Shown: positions 11,542 to 23,310 of the stretch, one piece after another | How positions within the stretch are numbered: position 1 is the stretch's first letter | How the letters are laid out: each line of letters opens with the position of its first letter | DNA from: Isurus oxyrinchus | Lineage: Eukaryota | Reading direction: 5' to 3' | Length of the DNA: 64,000 nucleotides | Assembly: GCA_026770705.1 (NCBI GenBank) | Contig: JANJGN010000140.1 | Coordinates: forward strand, 372,001-436,000 | Notes under the pieces: generated by a model | What the model was told of the DNA's origin: nothing | What the model saw: only the letters and a program-made list of their open reading frames with translations | The model's database searches: none | Program-made: the position numbers and the translations under genes

Positions 11542-13022
11542 TTAGAAGGCTTGGTCTAATACCATCACTGGTAGTTGTGCTGTTTGGTATCTATAATAAG
11601 GAGGTGCTCTGGTGATATATTTTACCTGGATTTCTTCGCCTGTGCACGTTTTCAACTTGGTAGCCGTTTGTTCCAAATTTAATTGTTGAGCACCTTTATT
11701 TAAATATTTGAAAGTGTGTTCTACTACTACAGTGATAGAAGCACCAATGTCTACTTCCATTATTAAGAATTTCCCATTCACCTGTAAAGTGACAGTGACT
11801 AGCTCTGCCTTCCCAACTCTCATGTTGAACAAGGATTAAATATCAGAATTGGTTGTTTCTGGCTCTTCCTCACTATATACTTCATTGGACTTTGTTTGTT
11901 GCCCGGAAGCCTGTTTTAATGTCGCTTTGCAATGTTTTAATATGTGTTCTCTTTTGCAACAAAAATAACATTCCACTTTTTTAAATTGCCAATCATTAGG
12001 AGTGTGATCGTTTCCACGTCGATAAAATTAGTTTTCAAATTTGCTAATAAACTGGTTCCTCAGTTTTCGGTTATTGGGGGCTGTTTCCCGCTTCACGGCG
12101 GAGTCCTGGATTTTCGTGCTCCTTTCAGTTGACCATTTCTGCCCAACTAGGAAAATGGCGCCATTTTGTGCACCTTGAATCGCTCGTGAATCCCTTCCAG
12201 CACTTTCCATCGCAAGCACTATTTCTAATGCTTTCTTAATATCAAGGTCCACTTCAGTCAGCAATCTTCACTGAATAGCATCCTCTTGCACGCCAGAGAC
12301 AAAAATGATCTCTGAGCATATCCTTCAGGCTTTCACCAAAATCACAATATTCCATTAGTTGTTTTACTTTCGCCACATGGGTAGCAATGGTCTCTCTCGG
12401 GGCTGTATTCAGTGAATTGAACCTGAACCTCTGCATTGTGACTGAGGGTTTGGGTTGAAAATGTTCCTTATTGTTACTAATTTACTGAGGGTCTTCAAGT
12501 CAGGGGCACTGGGGGTCGTCAAGCTTCGAATTAAACTGTAGGATTTGCCCCTATAAATACTCAGGAGAATCACTCTCCTCTTTTCCCTCCTCTGTGGTTA
12601 AAGGTACAATCCTATATTTATCAGAACTATAATTACTACAGAAAACCCTTTTATAGACCCACAGATATGTGGTTGACTCTAACCCTAACACTGACGGGTC
12701 ATTCAAAATTTGAAGGGTGATATTGACCTTGCCAGCAGATGCCCACATTCCTAAAAATAAATCCAATGGTGAATTCAGGAGATACTTCTTTACCCAAAGA
12801 TTGGGGAGAATGTGGAACTCGCATCCAGGGAATGGTTGAGGTGAATAGCATCGATGAATTTAAGGAGGAAGCAGGATAAACACACGAAGCAGAAAGAAAT
12901 AGAGGATATAGTGAAGATGGGGAGGGAGGGACCTCGTGTGGAGGAGAAATACTAGCATGGAACAGATGGGCCGAATGGCCTGTTTCCACAATGGCGAACG
13001 TCACTGAAAGCCCTCCAATTAC

Positions 13023-13132
13023 CTGTCGATGCTGATGGCACACAGGCCGAGGATTCTGGCTGTGCACAGCATCACATCCAGTGTCACAAAGATGTCACAG
13101 TTAACCCAGCTGAAACGCCACTCGCCAACCAC
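13023..13132 (-). pseudogene. DRD2: DRD2-like coding exon 2 (TM3), 110 bp
   Basis: ag|[36 protein letters not shown]+ag|gtaatt; keeps the TM3 Asp; absent from the ORF track. Confidence 0.93.
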
Positions 13133-13659
13133 CTTTAACCAGAGCAAAGTACAAACAGCATCAGCAACAGTTCACAGCCAGGTTAGCATCCCTTCAAACA
13201 AACCTTTCCACGAGATCACAGAACACCTCCAACCATCTGGAACTCTATATCCAGCCTTAAATCCAGATAAAAGATCTGCATTCCTACAGTGCCTTACCCT
13301 TTGGTTCTGACCTGAATCGTTAACTCTGTTTCTCTCTTCACAGATGCTGGGTCATTCCAGCATTTTCTGTTCTTATTTCGGATTTCCAGCGTCCTCAGTG
13401 TTTTGTTCTTCGACTGCCTTTGGGCACAAGACACCTAAGAGCAGTGCTTCTAAAACACTTTCGTTAGTAGATCACTTTTGCAGGGGGTGTGGGAGGGGCT
13501 GGGGAGGCTGCAGGGAACAGGGCCAAAGGGCCACCAACCGCTCCTACCATACGCACTTCCAGTAGTTACCCCCAAATAGGCTCATCAGAATTAACGGGAA
13601 GAATGGCTCCAAGGAATATGTTTATGGAAACTTAAGGTTCACCCAAACTCAATTTTATA

Positions 13660-14695
13660 ATTCTCATCCCTGTTTTCAAATCTTTCCTTGTACCCCCTGC
13701 CTATCTCTGGAACCTTCTCCAGCCCCTACAACCGCCACCCCCCCCACCCCCCCATCTCTGTAAACTCGTCCAGCCCCTGCAACGCTCCCTATCTCTGTAA
13801 CCTCCTCCAGCCCCTACAATGCTCCCTATCTCTGTAACCTCCTCCAGCCCCTACAACCTTTCCTATCTCTGTAACCTCTTTCAGTCCCTACAAACTTTCC
13901 TATCTCTGTAACCTCCTTCAGTCCCTACAACCTTTCCTATCTCTGTAACGTCCTCCAGTCCCTACAATGCTCCTTATCTCTGTAACCTCCTCCAGCCCCT
14001 ACAACCCTCCCTATCCCTGTAACCTCCTCCAGTCCCTACAGCTCTCCGTATCTCTGTAACCTCTTCCAGCCCACACAATCCTCCCTACCTCTGTAACTTC
14101 CTCTAGTCCCTAAAGCTTTTCCAATCTCTGTAATCTCCTCCAGTCCCTACAAACCTTCCTATCTCTGTAACCTCCTCTAGTCCTTAAAACCCTTCCTATC
14201 TCTGTAACCTCCTCCAGTCCCTACAACCTTTCCTATCTCTGTAACCTCCTCCAGTCCCTACAACCTTTCCTGTCTCTGTAACCTCCTCCAGTCCCTACAA
14301 CCATCCCCATCTCTGTAACCTCCTCCAGCCCCTACAACCCTCCTTATCTCTGTAACCTCCTTCCACCCACACAACCCTGTCTATCTCTGTAACCTCCTCC
14401 AGTCCCTACAATCATCCACATCTCTGTAACTCACTCCAGCCCCTACAACCCTCCCTATGTCTGGAACCTCCTCCAGCCCCTATCTCTCTCTCTCTTTCTT
14501 TCTATCTCTCTCTCTCTTCTGCTTTAAGACGTTCCTTAAAACCTCACTCTGTGACTGAGCTTTTGGTCACCGATCCCTCATATCTCCTGATGTGGCTTGG
14601 GGTCAAATATTGTTTGATAATCACTCCTGTGAGGCATCTTGGAGACACTTCATTAAATTGAAGGTGCTGTAGAATCATAAGTTGTTGTTGAAATT
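13660..14695 (+). mobile_element. L2-type LINE 3' end with an internal ~37-38 bp tandem expansion
   Basis: Unit cctcctccagcccctacaaccctccctatctctgtaa about 20 times (13690-14480), followed by an L2 3' UTR (tttaagacgttccttaaaacc...). Confidence 0.8.
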
Positions 14696-16344
14696 ATAAA
14701 CTTTCTGCTGCTGTTTTGCTGTTGACAGATTTGCACTCATTGTCTTTTTCATTAAATGACACATCAATTATTAGTTCATGCCAGAGAAAAAGCCTAGACA
14801 TTTTCAAAGTCTAAACATGAATATGCTAAGAGAATGTATTGATTTGAATCATTGAATATGTGTTATAACATCATCTTAACAATCTTCTGTTGAGAAACTA
14901 ACATTTATTCTGCACCTACATTAATCAAGCTTGGAGAACATTGGCTTAACACTTGGGTCATTTTATGCATTTGTCACTGATGTGGTGTCTTGGATGAACA
15001 GACCACAGGAGGCTCAGATACAGGTTATGATCGTTCATTCGAGCAATTGCAAGGAGGTCACCATCTCAATACAGCTTGAGACAGTGCTCTGTTAACATTT
15101 TTATATTATTGGTCACATACAAGAACATGCTCCAGATTCCGATCTTGTTAACATATAGGTTTACATTAAACAGACAAGTCTCTGGTACATGCATCATCTG
15201 ACCCTGCTTTCACCCAGGCAGAGACCTGCCTTCCTATCTAAACTGGGACCGTCTGTCCTTCCCCTATCTGTTGAAGAGCACACTTAATCTATGTTATTGC
15301 CACCCTCTGACTCCAGTCTAATTCCCAGGACCTTGCTGGTGATTGCAAACCCTGAGGGTGTCCAAAGTTCGAGAGTGTAAAAGGTTCATCTGGTTTAACT
15401 GTTTAATTGTTGATTTACTGATTTGCATTGGCCTGCCTATAGATTCTAATTTAAGTAATTCATTCCCTTTTAATGAATTCTCCCTGACCATAAATTCTCA
15501 TTTACTTTCTTCCCCCAAAAGTCACTGAGGTCCATAGAGATATTACATCTCCATTGAAAAGAATATAAAAGGCGAAAATAGTAATTCGGTTAATTTCAAG
15601 ATGAAGAATGTTCCAAGAGATTAAACGCTTGTAGACAATCTAGATAGTGCGAAGTATAAATTAGTTTGACAAGCGCTGCAGCAAAGAATATTACAGTAAT
15701 TCTCATTTCCTATAAAACTAATTTTGCTCCATGTTTAATTGTGTGAAAGTAGTATGATTAGATATCTAGCGGAGACATTATACAAAATTAATCATTTAGC
15801 AGTTGGATGATAGTTAATGAATATTTTATCATTTGTGCACTGAATACCTTCATTATGCCGGCTGATTTCATGTTTGTTTTTTCTTTATTTGAAGTAGTAA
15901 TGAAAGCAATTGAGAGATGGGATTGCGAGATTCACTCTTAGGAGGATCACAACACTCAGAAGTGTGCCCGACAGCTGCAATACTATCCCCCATCCATGAA
16001 GATCGTTCAGCGGCTGAGGGTTGGCCGCGACAACATGGGAAAGGTTTTTGCTAAGGCAGATAAGCCTTCGGTGCAAGTGAGCGTCACCAGCAGGGGGCGA
16101 GATGAGGAAGAGCGGCTTTTAATCACACAGCGAGTTGTGATCTGGAAGGCGCTGCCTGAAAGGGCGGTGGAAGTAGATTCAACAGGGACTTTCAAAAGGG
16201 GGGAACTGGATAAATACTGGAAGGGAAGACATTTTCAGGTCGACGGGGGAAAGAGCAGCGGGGGACGGGGGTGGGGGTGGGGGGGTTGCGGGGAGAGTGG
16301 GGACTAATTGGATTGATCTTTCAAAAAGCTGCAGCAGACTCAAT

Positions 16345-16746
16345 TTTCTTTTTATCTTTTTCATGGGATGTGGGCGTCGCTGGCAAGGCCAGCATTTGTT
16401 GCCCATCCCTAATTGCCCCTGAACTGAGTGGCTTGCTCGGCTATTTCAGAGGGCAATTAAAAGTAAACCATATCGCTGTGGATCTGGAGTGACATGTAGG
16501 CCAGACTGGGTAAGGACGGCAGATTTCCTTCCCTAAAGGGCATTAGTGAACTAGTTGGGTTTTTATGACAATCGATGATAATTTCATGGTCACCAAGACT
16601 GAGAGTGGCTTTCAATTCCTGATTTATTAATTGAATTTAAGTTCTACCAGCTGCCTTGTCGGGATTTGAACCCGTGTCCCCAGAGCGTTAGACTGGGCCT
16701 TCAGATTACTAGCCCAGTGACATTGCTACTATGCCACTGTCTCCCC
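16345..16746 (-). mobile_element. Full-length tRNA-derived SINE
   Basis: A-box-like tggcatagtag, B-box ggttcaaatcc, family A tail. Confidence 0.8.
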
Positions 16747-16852
16747 ATTTGATGGGCCAAATGGGCTCCTTCTGTGCTGGACCATTTCATGATGACCCAA
16801 TCGAATGGTGAAACAGGCTCGATGGACTGAACGGCCTGCTCCTGTCCCTATT

Positions 16853-17380
16853 GTGTGCAGTTTTGGTCTCCTTACCTAAGAAAGGATATACTTGCCATAG
16901 AGGGAGTGCAGTGAAGGTTCACCAGGCTGATTACTGGTGTGGCAGGATTATCTTATGAGGAGAGATTGGGCTGACTAGGCCTGTATTCACTGGAGTTTAG
17001 AAGAATGGGAGGGGATCTCATTGAAATGTATAAAATTCTGACAGGGCTGGACAGACTGGATGCAGGGATGACGTTTCCTCTGGCTGGTGGGGTGGTCTAG
17101 AACAAGGCATCATAGTCTCAGGATATGGGGTAGGCCATAGAGGGAGGAGATGAGGAGAAACTTCTTCACTCAGAGGGTGGTGAATCTGTGGAATTCTCTA
17201 CCACAGAGAAGTCACTGAGTATATTTGAGAAGGAAATAGATGGATTTCTAGTCTCCAAAGGCATCAAGGGATGTGGGGAGAGCACGGGATTGTGGCATTG
17301 AGATAGAGGATCAGCAATGATCATATTGAATGGTGGAACAGACTCCAAGGGCCGAATGACCTACTCCTGCTCCTATTTTC
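16853..17380 (+). mobile_element. CR1 LINE 3' fragment
   Basis: CVQFWSPYLRKDILAIEGVQ*RFTRLI...GDLIEMYKIL codons. Confidence 0.85.
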
Positions 17381-17383
17381 TAT

Positions 17384-17512
17384 AGCCAGGATTTTATGGC
17401 CCCACCGCAGTGTGTCTCTCCCTCAGAGGAAGTGGCGAGCCATTTAAATCTCCATTTAGTTCGGCGGGATCGTAATATCCCGCCGGGCAGGAGGGGCCAT
17501 AAAATCCTGGCC
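17384..17512. mobile_element. MITE (PIF/Harbinger-like) with ~20-bp TIRs and 3-bp TSD
   Basis: (a/g)gccaggattttatggcccc ... ggggccataaaatcctggcc, flanked by TAT/TAT. Confidence 0.8.
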
Positions 17513-17771
17513 TATGTTTCTATACGGTCACGTTCAGTCTTGTGTTGTTCACCAATCGCCTGGTATTGAAATGGATGACCAGAAGAGAGACTTTGTTCTG
17601 GCTGTGACTGATGCGCAAGTGACTGGCTCCAGGAAGGGAAGTGGGAAAAGGACATAGGACGTCTTTGGCGGTGAGTGGGATCATTGAGGCATGATGTCGG
17701 TAGCTGCGAGGCCCAACGCCCTTCGGGGCCCTCCCACCTATCGATACGCGGGACTGAACTAACGGTTTTGC

Positions 17772-18050
17772 CTCTAGATAGATGACCCAGGGCATCACCA
17801 GCATGGCCACCAGTAGGTCTGTCACAGCCAGGCTGATGATGAGGTAGTTGGTGGTGGTCTGCAGTGCCATCTCGCTGGGCACTGCCATGCACACCAGCAC
17901 ATTGCCAAACACCACCACGAAGATCAGGAGGCTGAGCAATGCCACGTAGTAATTGTAGCGATGCCTCTACTGCTCACCGGTCGAGTCGCTCCAGTGCCCC
18001 AGCTCCCTCATCTGCGAGTCATTCAGGGCAGCCATGTTTGGAGCAGCCAT
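17772..18050 (-). pseudogene. DRD2: DRD2-like coding exon 1 (N-terminus, TM1-TM2)
   Basis: [92 protein letters not shown]; in-frame TAG at 17967-17969; donor is GC (gcaaaa) rather than GT. Confidence 0.92.
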
Positions 18051-18189
18051 TGGCCGCGGCCTTTGAACTCCAACCTCCTCAGGAGCATGCAGAGAAAAGA
18101 AGGCAAAAAATTTAACTTCAACCAAGTTTGAAAATGGTGCAACAATACCGGCGATCCAGGCACCAAGGGTAAAAAGGAAGCAATAGCGG

Positions 18190-18485
18190 CAACAACAACT
18201 TATATTTATCGAGCGCCTTTAGCATGGCAAAGCGTCCCAAGGTGCTTCATAGCAGCATTATTACATTTGACACCGAGTCACATAAGGAGATATTGCAGCC
18301 AATAATTCAGTCAAAGAGGTCAGTTTTTAAGGGGTATCTTAAAGGAGGAGAGAGAGAGGGAGAGTCGGACAGGTTTAGGGAGGGAATTCCAGAGCTTAGG
18401 GCCCCAGGCAGCTAAAGGCACGGCCGCCAATGGTGGAGCGATGGGAATCGGGGATGCTCAAGAGGGCAGGATTGAGGAACGCAAG
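18190..18485 (-). mobile_element. L2-type LINE 3' end
   Basis: Encodes STIGGRAFSCLGP; same 3' UTR as 14520-14695. Confidence 0.75.
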
Positions 18486-19409
18486 GAGGGTTAAATCAGA
18501 TGATCTGGTCATTAACCACCTTGAAGTTGGCGGGATCTTGCTGTGCTCAATTTGGCACCTGCGTTTGGTACTTCCGTCATTTGTTATAAAAGGCTTTGGG
18601 ACATGGGCAGGTCTAAAATGCGAACAATAGTTCTCTAAAGTGTTCATATAAACAACCCTTAAACAGTGCCTCTTAATCCAATCTAATTGGCTTTGTTCAA
18701 CAGGATTATGGTCAGTGAAGGTGTTTTCTCCAGATGTTCAATGGTAACTTAATCCGATTCCATTAAAACCGCCACATTAAGACATTTATTAATTCAGTAA
18801 AACCTCTTCTGTGTCAAGCATTGTGCACAGACCATTTATAAGCATTAATCAGTTCACATGAGGGATGTGTGTTCACAATATCTTGAGAAGATAATTATAT
18901 GAAATCTATCAGCAGCCATGATATGAACTACACAATTGTGGTCCCCAAACTATACTTAACTCATTCATTGTGTGTCGACTGGTCTACACACAGAACTAAA
19001 TTAATCAATAGATAATGATCTGCAGAGGTAGGATTATACTCAGGGACAAAAACTTGCCAGTCTGCTTTGCCTCCTCCCCTCTCTCTCTCTCTAGATTCTT
19101 TCCCTACATAAATCCGCCTCATCCTCTCTACTTACCTCTTTGAAGACTGTCCAATCATCTCCTCTTTTCCTGCTAAGTGGACCTCCAATCCCAATGTAAA
19201 CCACATGGGCCAATCTCACCGGGTATCAACCAGCCAATCCTGTCCCTCAGGCTAACCCTCGGGTGCCCTCCTCTCTCTTCCGAGGTTAAAAGAAGGGGAG
19301 GGAGGAAATGCATGAGGAAGGAAGGATGAAGGAATGGAAGGAAAAAATTGTGGAAATTGTTGGAAGGGAGGGAGGGAGGGAGGAAAAAATATGAGGGAAG
19401 GAAAGAATA

Positions 19410-19720
19410 AACCACTGGATTCCATCCAACTTTTTCTCCCCTGTATAACTCACTGGATTCTACCCTGACCCTCTACCCTCTGTAAAAACAACTGGATCCC
19501 ATCCTGACCCTTTCTCCTCTGTAAAAACCACTGGGTTCCACCCTGACCCTCTCTCCTCTGTAAAAATCACTGAATCCCATCCTGACCCTTTCTCCTCTGT
19601 AAAACCCATTGGATTCCACCCGACCCTCTCACCTCTGCATCACCCACTGGATTCCACCCTGACACCCTCTCCTCTCTATAACACACTGGATTTCATCCTG
19701 ACACTTTCCTCTGTATAAAC
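19410..19720. repeat. ~41-bp tandem repeat
   Basis: accactggattccaccctgaccctctctcctctgtaaa about 7 times. Confidence 0.8.
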
Positions 19721-20220
19721 AGGGAGAGGGAGAGAAAGAGTAGGAGACCAGGGGAACGGGAGAGAAGGAGAGGGAGCAGGAGAAATGGGAGAGTGGGAGA
19801 GAAAGAGACAGAGTTGGGATTCAAACCCTCTATTTTCCAAAGATGGGGTGGAAGAAAGCGAAGGGAGAGGGGGTGGGGGTTGGGGTGAAGAGTGAAAGAG
19901 AGGGAAGGAGACAGAGAGGGGAAGAGAGAGACAGAGAGAGGCAGATGGAAGGGGGTTGGGGGGGGGAGAGAGGGGAGAAAGAGAGAGATTGAGGTAGAGA
20001 GGAAGAACAGGTTAGAGGAGAGCGAGGGAGAGAGAGAGAGCGAGAAAGGGTGATGATGAATGGGGATGGAAGAAAGGGAAAGGGGGAGAGAGAGAGCAGG
20101 AGGCAGGGTGAGTGGGACAGGGAGAGAAGGAGAGGGAGACCAGGGGAAATGAGAGAGCTGGAGAGACGGAGAAGGAGACCTTGGGGAATGAGAGAGCAGG
20201 AGAGAAGGAGAGAGAGACTT
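19720..20220 (+). repeat. Purine-rich low-complexity tract
   Basis: GA/GGA-rich sequence. Confidence 0.8.
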
Positions 20221-20840
20221 TTTAAAAAATTCATTTATGGGATATGAGCCAGCATTTATTGCCCAGCCCTAATTGCCCTTGAGAAGGTGGTGGTGAGCTG
20301 CCTTCTTGAACCGCTGCAGTCCCTGTGGTGCAGATACATCCACAGTGCTGTTAGGGAGGGGGTTCCAGGATTTTGACCCAGTGACAGTGAAGGAATGGCC
20401 GATATATTTCCAAGTCAGGATGTGAGTGACTTGGAGGGTAAATTCTGGGTGGTGGTGTTCCCATCTATCTGCTGCCCATGTCCTTCTAGATGGTAGTGGT
20501 CGTAGGTTTGGAAGATACTGTCAAAGGAGTCTTGGTGAATACCTGCAGTGCATCTTGTAGATGGTACACACTTCAGTGACTGTGTGTTGGTGGTGGAGGG
20601 CGTGAATGTTTGTGGATGGGTTGCCAATCAAGTGGGCTGCTTTGTCCTGGACGTTGTCCAGCTTCTTGAGTGTTGAGGGAGCTGCACTCATCCAGGCAAG
20701 TGAGGAGTATTCCATCATACTCCTGACTTGTGCCTTGTAGATGATGGACAGGCTTTAGAGAGTCAGGAGGTGGGTTACTCGTCGCAGGATTACTAGCCTT
20801 TGACCTGCTCTTGTAGCCACAGTATTTATATGGTTCCTCC
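20220..20840 (-). mobile_element. Family A LINE 3' fragment
   Basis: MMEYSSLAWMSAAPSTLKKLDNVQDKAAHLIG. Confidence 0.8.
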
Positions 20841-20974
20841 AGGTGTTATTAAGGAGGACTTAGGGTCGATGGGGCTGAGATTGCTGTTGTAATTTCCGGT
20901 GCCTATGTCGATGCCAGATGGCCCATCCAGTTTCGTTCCTTTGTCGAGACGTTATAGCGGTTTTGAGTGGCAGC

Positions 20975-21275
20975 TCGGCATTTCAGAGGGCAGTTAGGAG
21001 TCAACCACTTTGCTGAGGGTTTGGGGTCACATGAAGGCCAGACCAAGTAAGGATGACAGATTTCCCTCCCTAAAGGGGCATTAGTGAACCAGGTCGGTTT
21101 TTACAACAATCGGCAATAATTTCATGGTTATCATACGACTTTTAATTCCAGATTTTTACTAAATTCAAATTCCACTATCTGAACCCACAACCATTCGAAC
21201 CCGGGCCCCCAAAGCATTACCCTGGGTCTCTGGATGACTAGTCAGGCGACAATGTCACTGCATCATCGCCTCCCC
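20975..21275 (-). mobile_element. tRNA-derived SINE
   Basis: B-box ggttcgaatgg; body homologous to 16345-16746. Confidence 0.75.
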
Positions 21276-21279
21276 TAAC

Positions 21280-21930
21280 TGGGGAGTGGGAGAGCGGGAG
21301 AGAAGGAGAAAGAGACTGGAGAGAACGGGAGAGCAGAAGACAAGGAGGGAGAAACCATGTAGAATGGGAGTGTGGGAGAGAACGAGAGAGAGACCAGGGA
21401 GAGTGGGAGAGTGGGAGAGAAGGAGAGAGAGAGAGACCAGAGAGAATGGGAGAGCGGGAGAGGAGAGAGACACCATGGGGAGTGGGAGAGTGGGAGGGAA
21501 GGAGAGACCGGGGAGAACGGGAGAGCAGGAGAGAGAGACCGGGAAAAATGGGAGAGCAGGAGAGGAGGAGACAGCGGGGGTGTGGGATAGCAGGAGAGAA
21601 GGAGAGGGAGACTGGTGTAGTGGGACAGTGGGAGGGAAGGAGAGGGAGACCAGGAGGGAAGGAGACAGAGAGACCAGGGGAGTGGGAGAGCAGAAAGAAA
21701 GGGAAGGAGACCAGGGAGTGGGAGTGGGAGAGAAGGAGAGAAAAAGAGACCGCTGAGAATGGGAGAGAGGGTGGGAAGGAGAGGGAGACCAGGGGGAGTG
21801 GGAAAGTGGAAGAGAAGCAGAGAGAGACCAGGGGAAGTGGGAGAGCGGGAGGGCAGGAGAGAGAGAGCGGGGGGAGTGGGAGAGCGGGAGAGGAGGAGAG
21901 GGAAAATTGAAGAGCAGGAGAGGGAGGCGG
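21280..21930 (+). repeat. Purine-rich degenerate minisatellite (gagaccagggg...gggagagcgggagagaag)
   Basis: Direct inspection; it generates several spurious low-complexity ORFs. Confidence 0.8.
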
Positions 21931-22029
21931 GTATGACAGAGAACAGAATAAAACTGACAAAAACAAGCAAACGTGCTAGTTAGTGACGGTGGAGGGTGCA
22001 CAATCCAGTGTGTGGGCAGAAATAAATGA

Positions 22030-23310
22030 TTCATAAAATCTTACAACACAGGAAGAGGCCATTCAGCCCATTGTGCCTGTGCCGACTCTCTGAAAGATCT
22101 ATCCAATTAGTCCCACTTTCCCCACGTCGCTCTTTCCCCCATAGTCCTGCCACAATTTCCCCTTCTACTATTTATTCAATTCCCGTTTTGAAAGTTCCTG
22201 TTGAATCTGCTTCCATCGCCCTTTCAGGCAGCACTTCCCAGATCACAACAACTCGCTGTGTAGAAAAAAAAATCCCCTCATCTCCCCCTCTGGTTTTTTT
22301 CCCGATTCACTTCAATCTGTCTCCCTCTGTTCACCGACCCTCCTGCCACTGGAAACAGTTTCTCCTTGTTTACTCGAGCGACAACCCTGATGGTTGTAGG
22401 GAAGGTGTCACGATATCAATGCCCAACCATTTACAGTTCAAATAACTGACTGTGAAGGTGCCAGGCTTTACCAAGTGTGGCAGGAGGGCACCAGCAGCCA
22501 TTTCCCAGCCCCGTACTGATTTCCCCAAAGCTGTCCCCCGTCCCCCACAAGGGAGGCAGTGCGGCACCTTCGAGAGGGAGTGGGTTATCACAGGGTGGTA
22601 CAATTAGGTTTTGACAGGTCTTAACCCAACCAGTTTGGATATAGAAAGAAAGCTTGGCTGAAAGTTTGCTCCCGTTCACCCAATTGTGCAGCACTGAAGG
22701 AGACCATTCAGCCCATCGAGTCCGTGCCAGAACTTCTGACGAGCGATCGGGTTAGTCCCACTACCACCACCCCCACCCCTAACTCTTTCCCTTAAATGCT
22801 ATACACCTCGACCACTCCCTATGGGAGCGAGTTCCACATTCTTCCCACTCTCTGGGTAAATTGTCCTGAATTCCCCTTTGGATTTATTAATGACTATCTT
22901 ATATTGATAACCACTAACCGTCCCTACACCCACAGTCCAGTTCTGGTCTCCTCCACATCTTCTCTATGGCTACCCGCTCGAAACCCTTTCATCATGTTAA
23001 GGACCATGATCAGGTCATCCTCTCAGCCTTCTCTTTTCTGGAGAAAAGAGCCTCAGCCTGTTCAGTCTTTCCTGATGGTTATAACCTCTCAGATCTGGAA
23101 TCATCCTTGTAAATCTTATTTGTTTTGCATCTTCTCTGGTGCCTCTATATCCTTTTTTATAATATGGAGGCCAGAACCGTGCACAGTGCTCCCATCTCTT
23201 GATACAGGGTAGAACAAAACCTCTGTTTTTCAATGCTCACCCTCTAGAAATGAAACCAAGTGTTTATTGCTCTTCTAAATGTCTCTATCAACCTGCATCA
23301 CCAACCTTTT
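22030..23310 (-). mobile_element. CR1 LINE fragments (22030-22370 and ~22690-23310)
   Basis: CR1 3' ends; ORF ...RFTRMIPDLRGYNHQERLNRLRLFSPEKRRLRG. Confidence 0.7.

Larger units (their letters stand above)
9944..12640 (-). mobile_element. Internally deleted Ty3/Gypsy LTR retrotransposon (gag, protease, integrase C-terminus)
   Basis: Gag QRFRFNSLN...CDFGESLKDMLRDH; protease MEVDIGASITVV; integrase tail KLARFLFQYRT...KWLAGKVSSVTGPLSY...YVDH. The LTR terminus tcagaactataattact(g/a)ca occurs at 10142-10161 and 12621-12640. TSD GAAAG/GAAAA. Confidence 0.88.
2628..18050 (-). pseudogene. DRD2: Unprocessed dopamine receptor D2-like pseudogene, 7 coding exons
   Basis: All seven coding exons found in DRD2 order and phase (17772-18050, 13023-13132, 7481-7620, 6114-6313, 4917-5000, 3691-4017, 2628-2815). 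Lesions: stops at 17967-17969, 7536-7538 and 2754-2756; frameshifts in exon 3691-4017; DRY->DSY; 3-aa deletion before NPIIY. Confidence 0.93.

Noticed and set aside
13690-14480. CRISPR-like regular repeats (also 24630-24900 and 62440-64000)
   Set aside because: Eukaryotic head-to-tail minisatellites with no unique spacers and no cas genes.
2628-18050. Functional DRD2/DRD3 gene or processed pseudogene
   Set aside because: Several independent disabling lesions in different exons; introns retained; D2L-type exon argues against DRD3.
21238-22034. Long overlapping ORFs of 150-260 aa
   Set aside because: Products of stop-free purine/pyrimidine low-complexity repeat.
22380-22690. GC-rich unique segment as a 5' non-coding exon of the DRD2-like gene
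   Set aside because: Only a weak donor-like motif; cannot be supported without transcripts.
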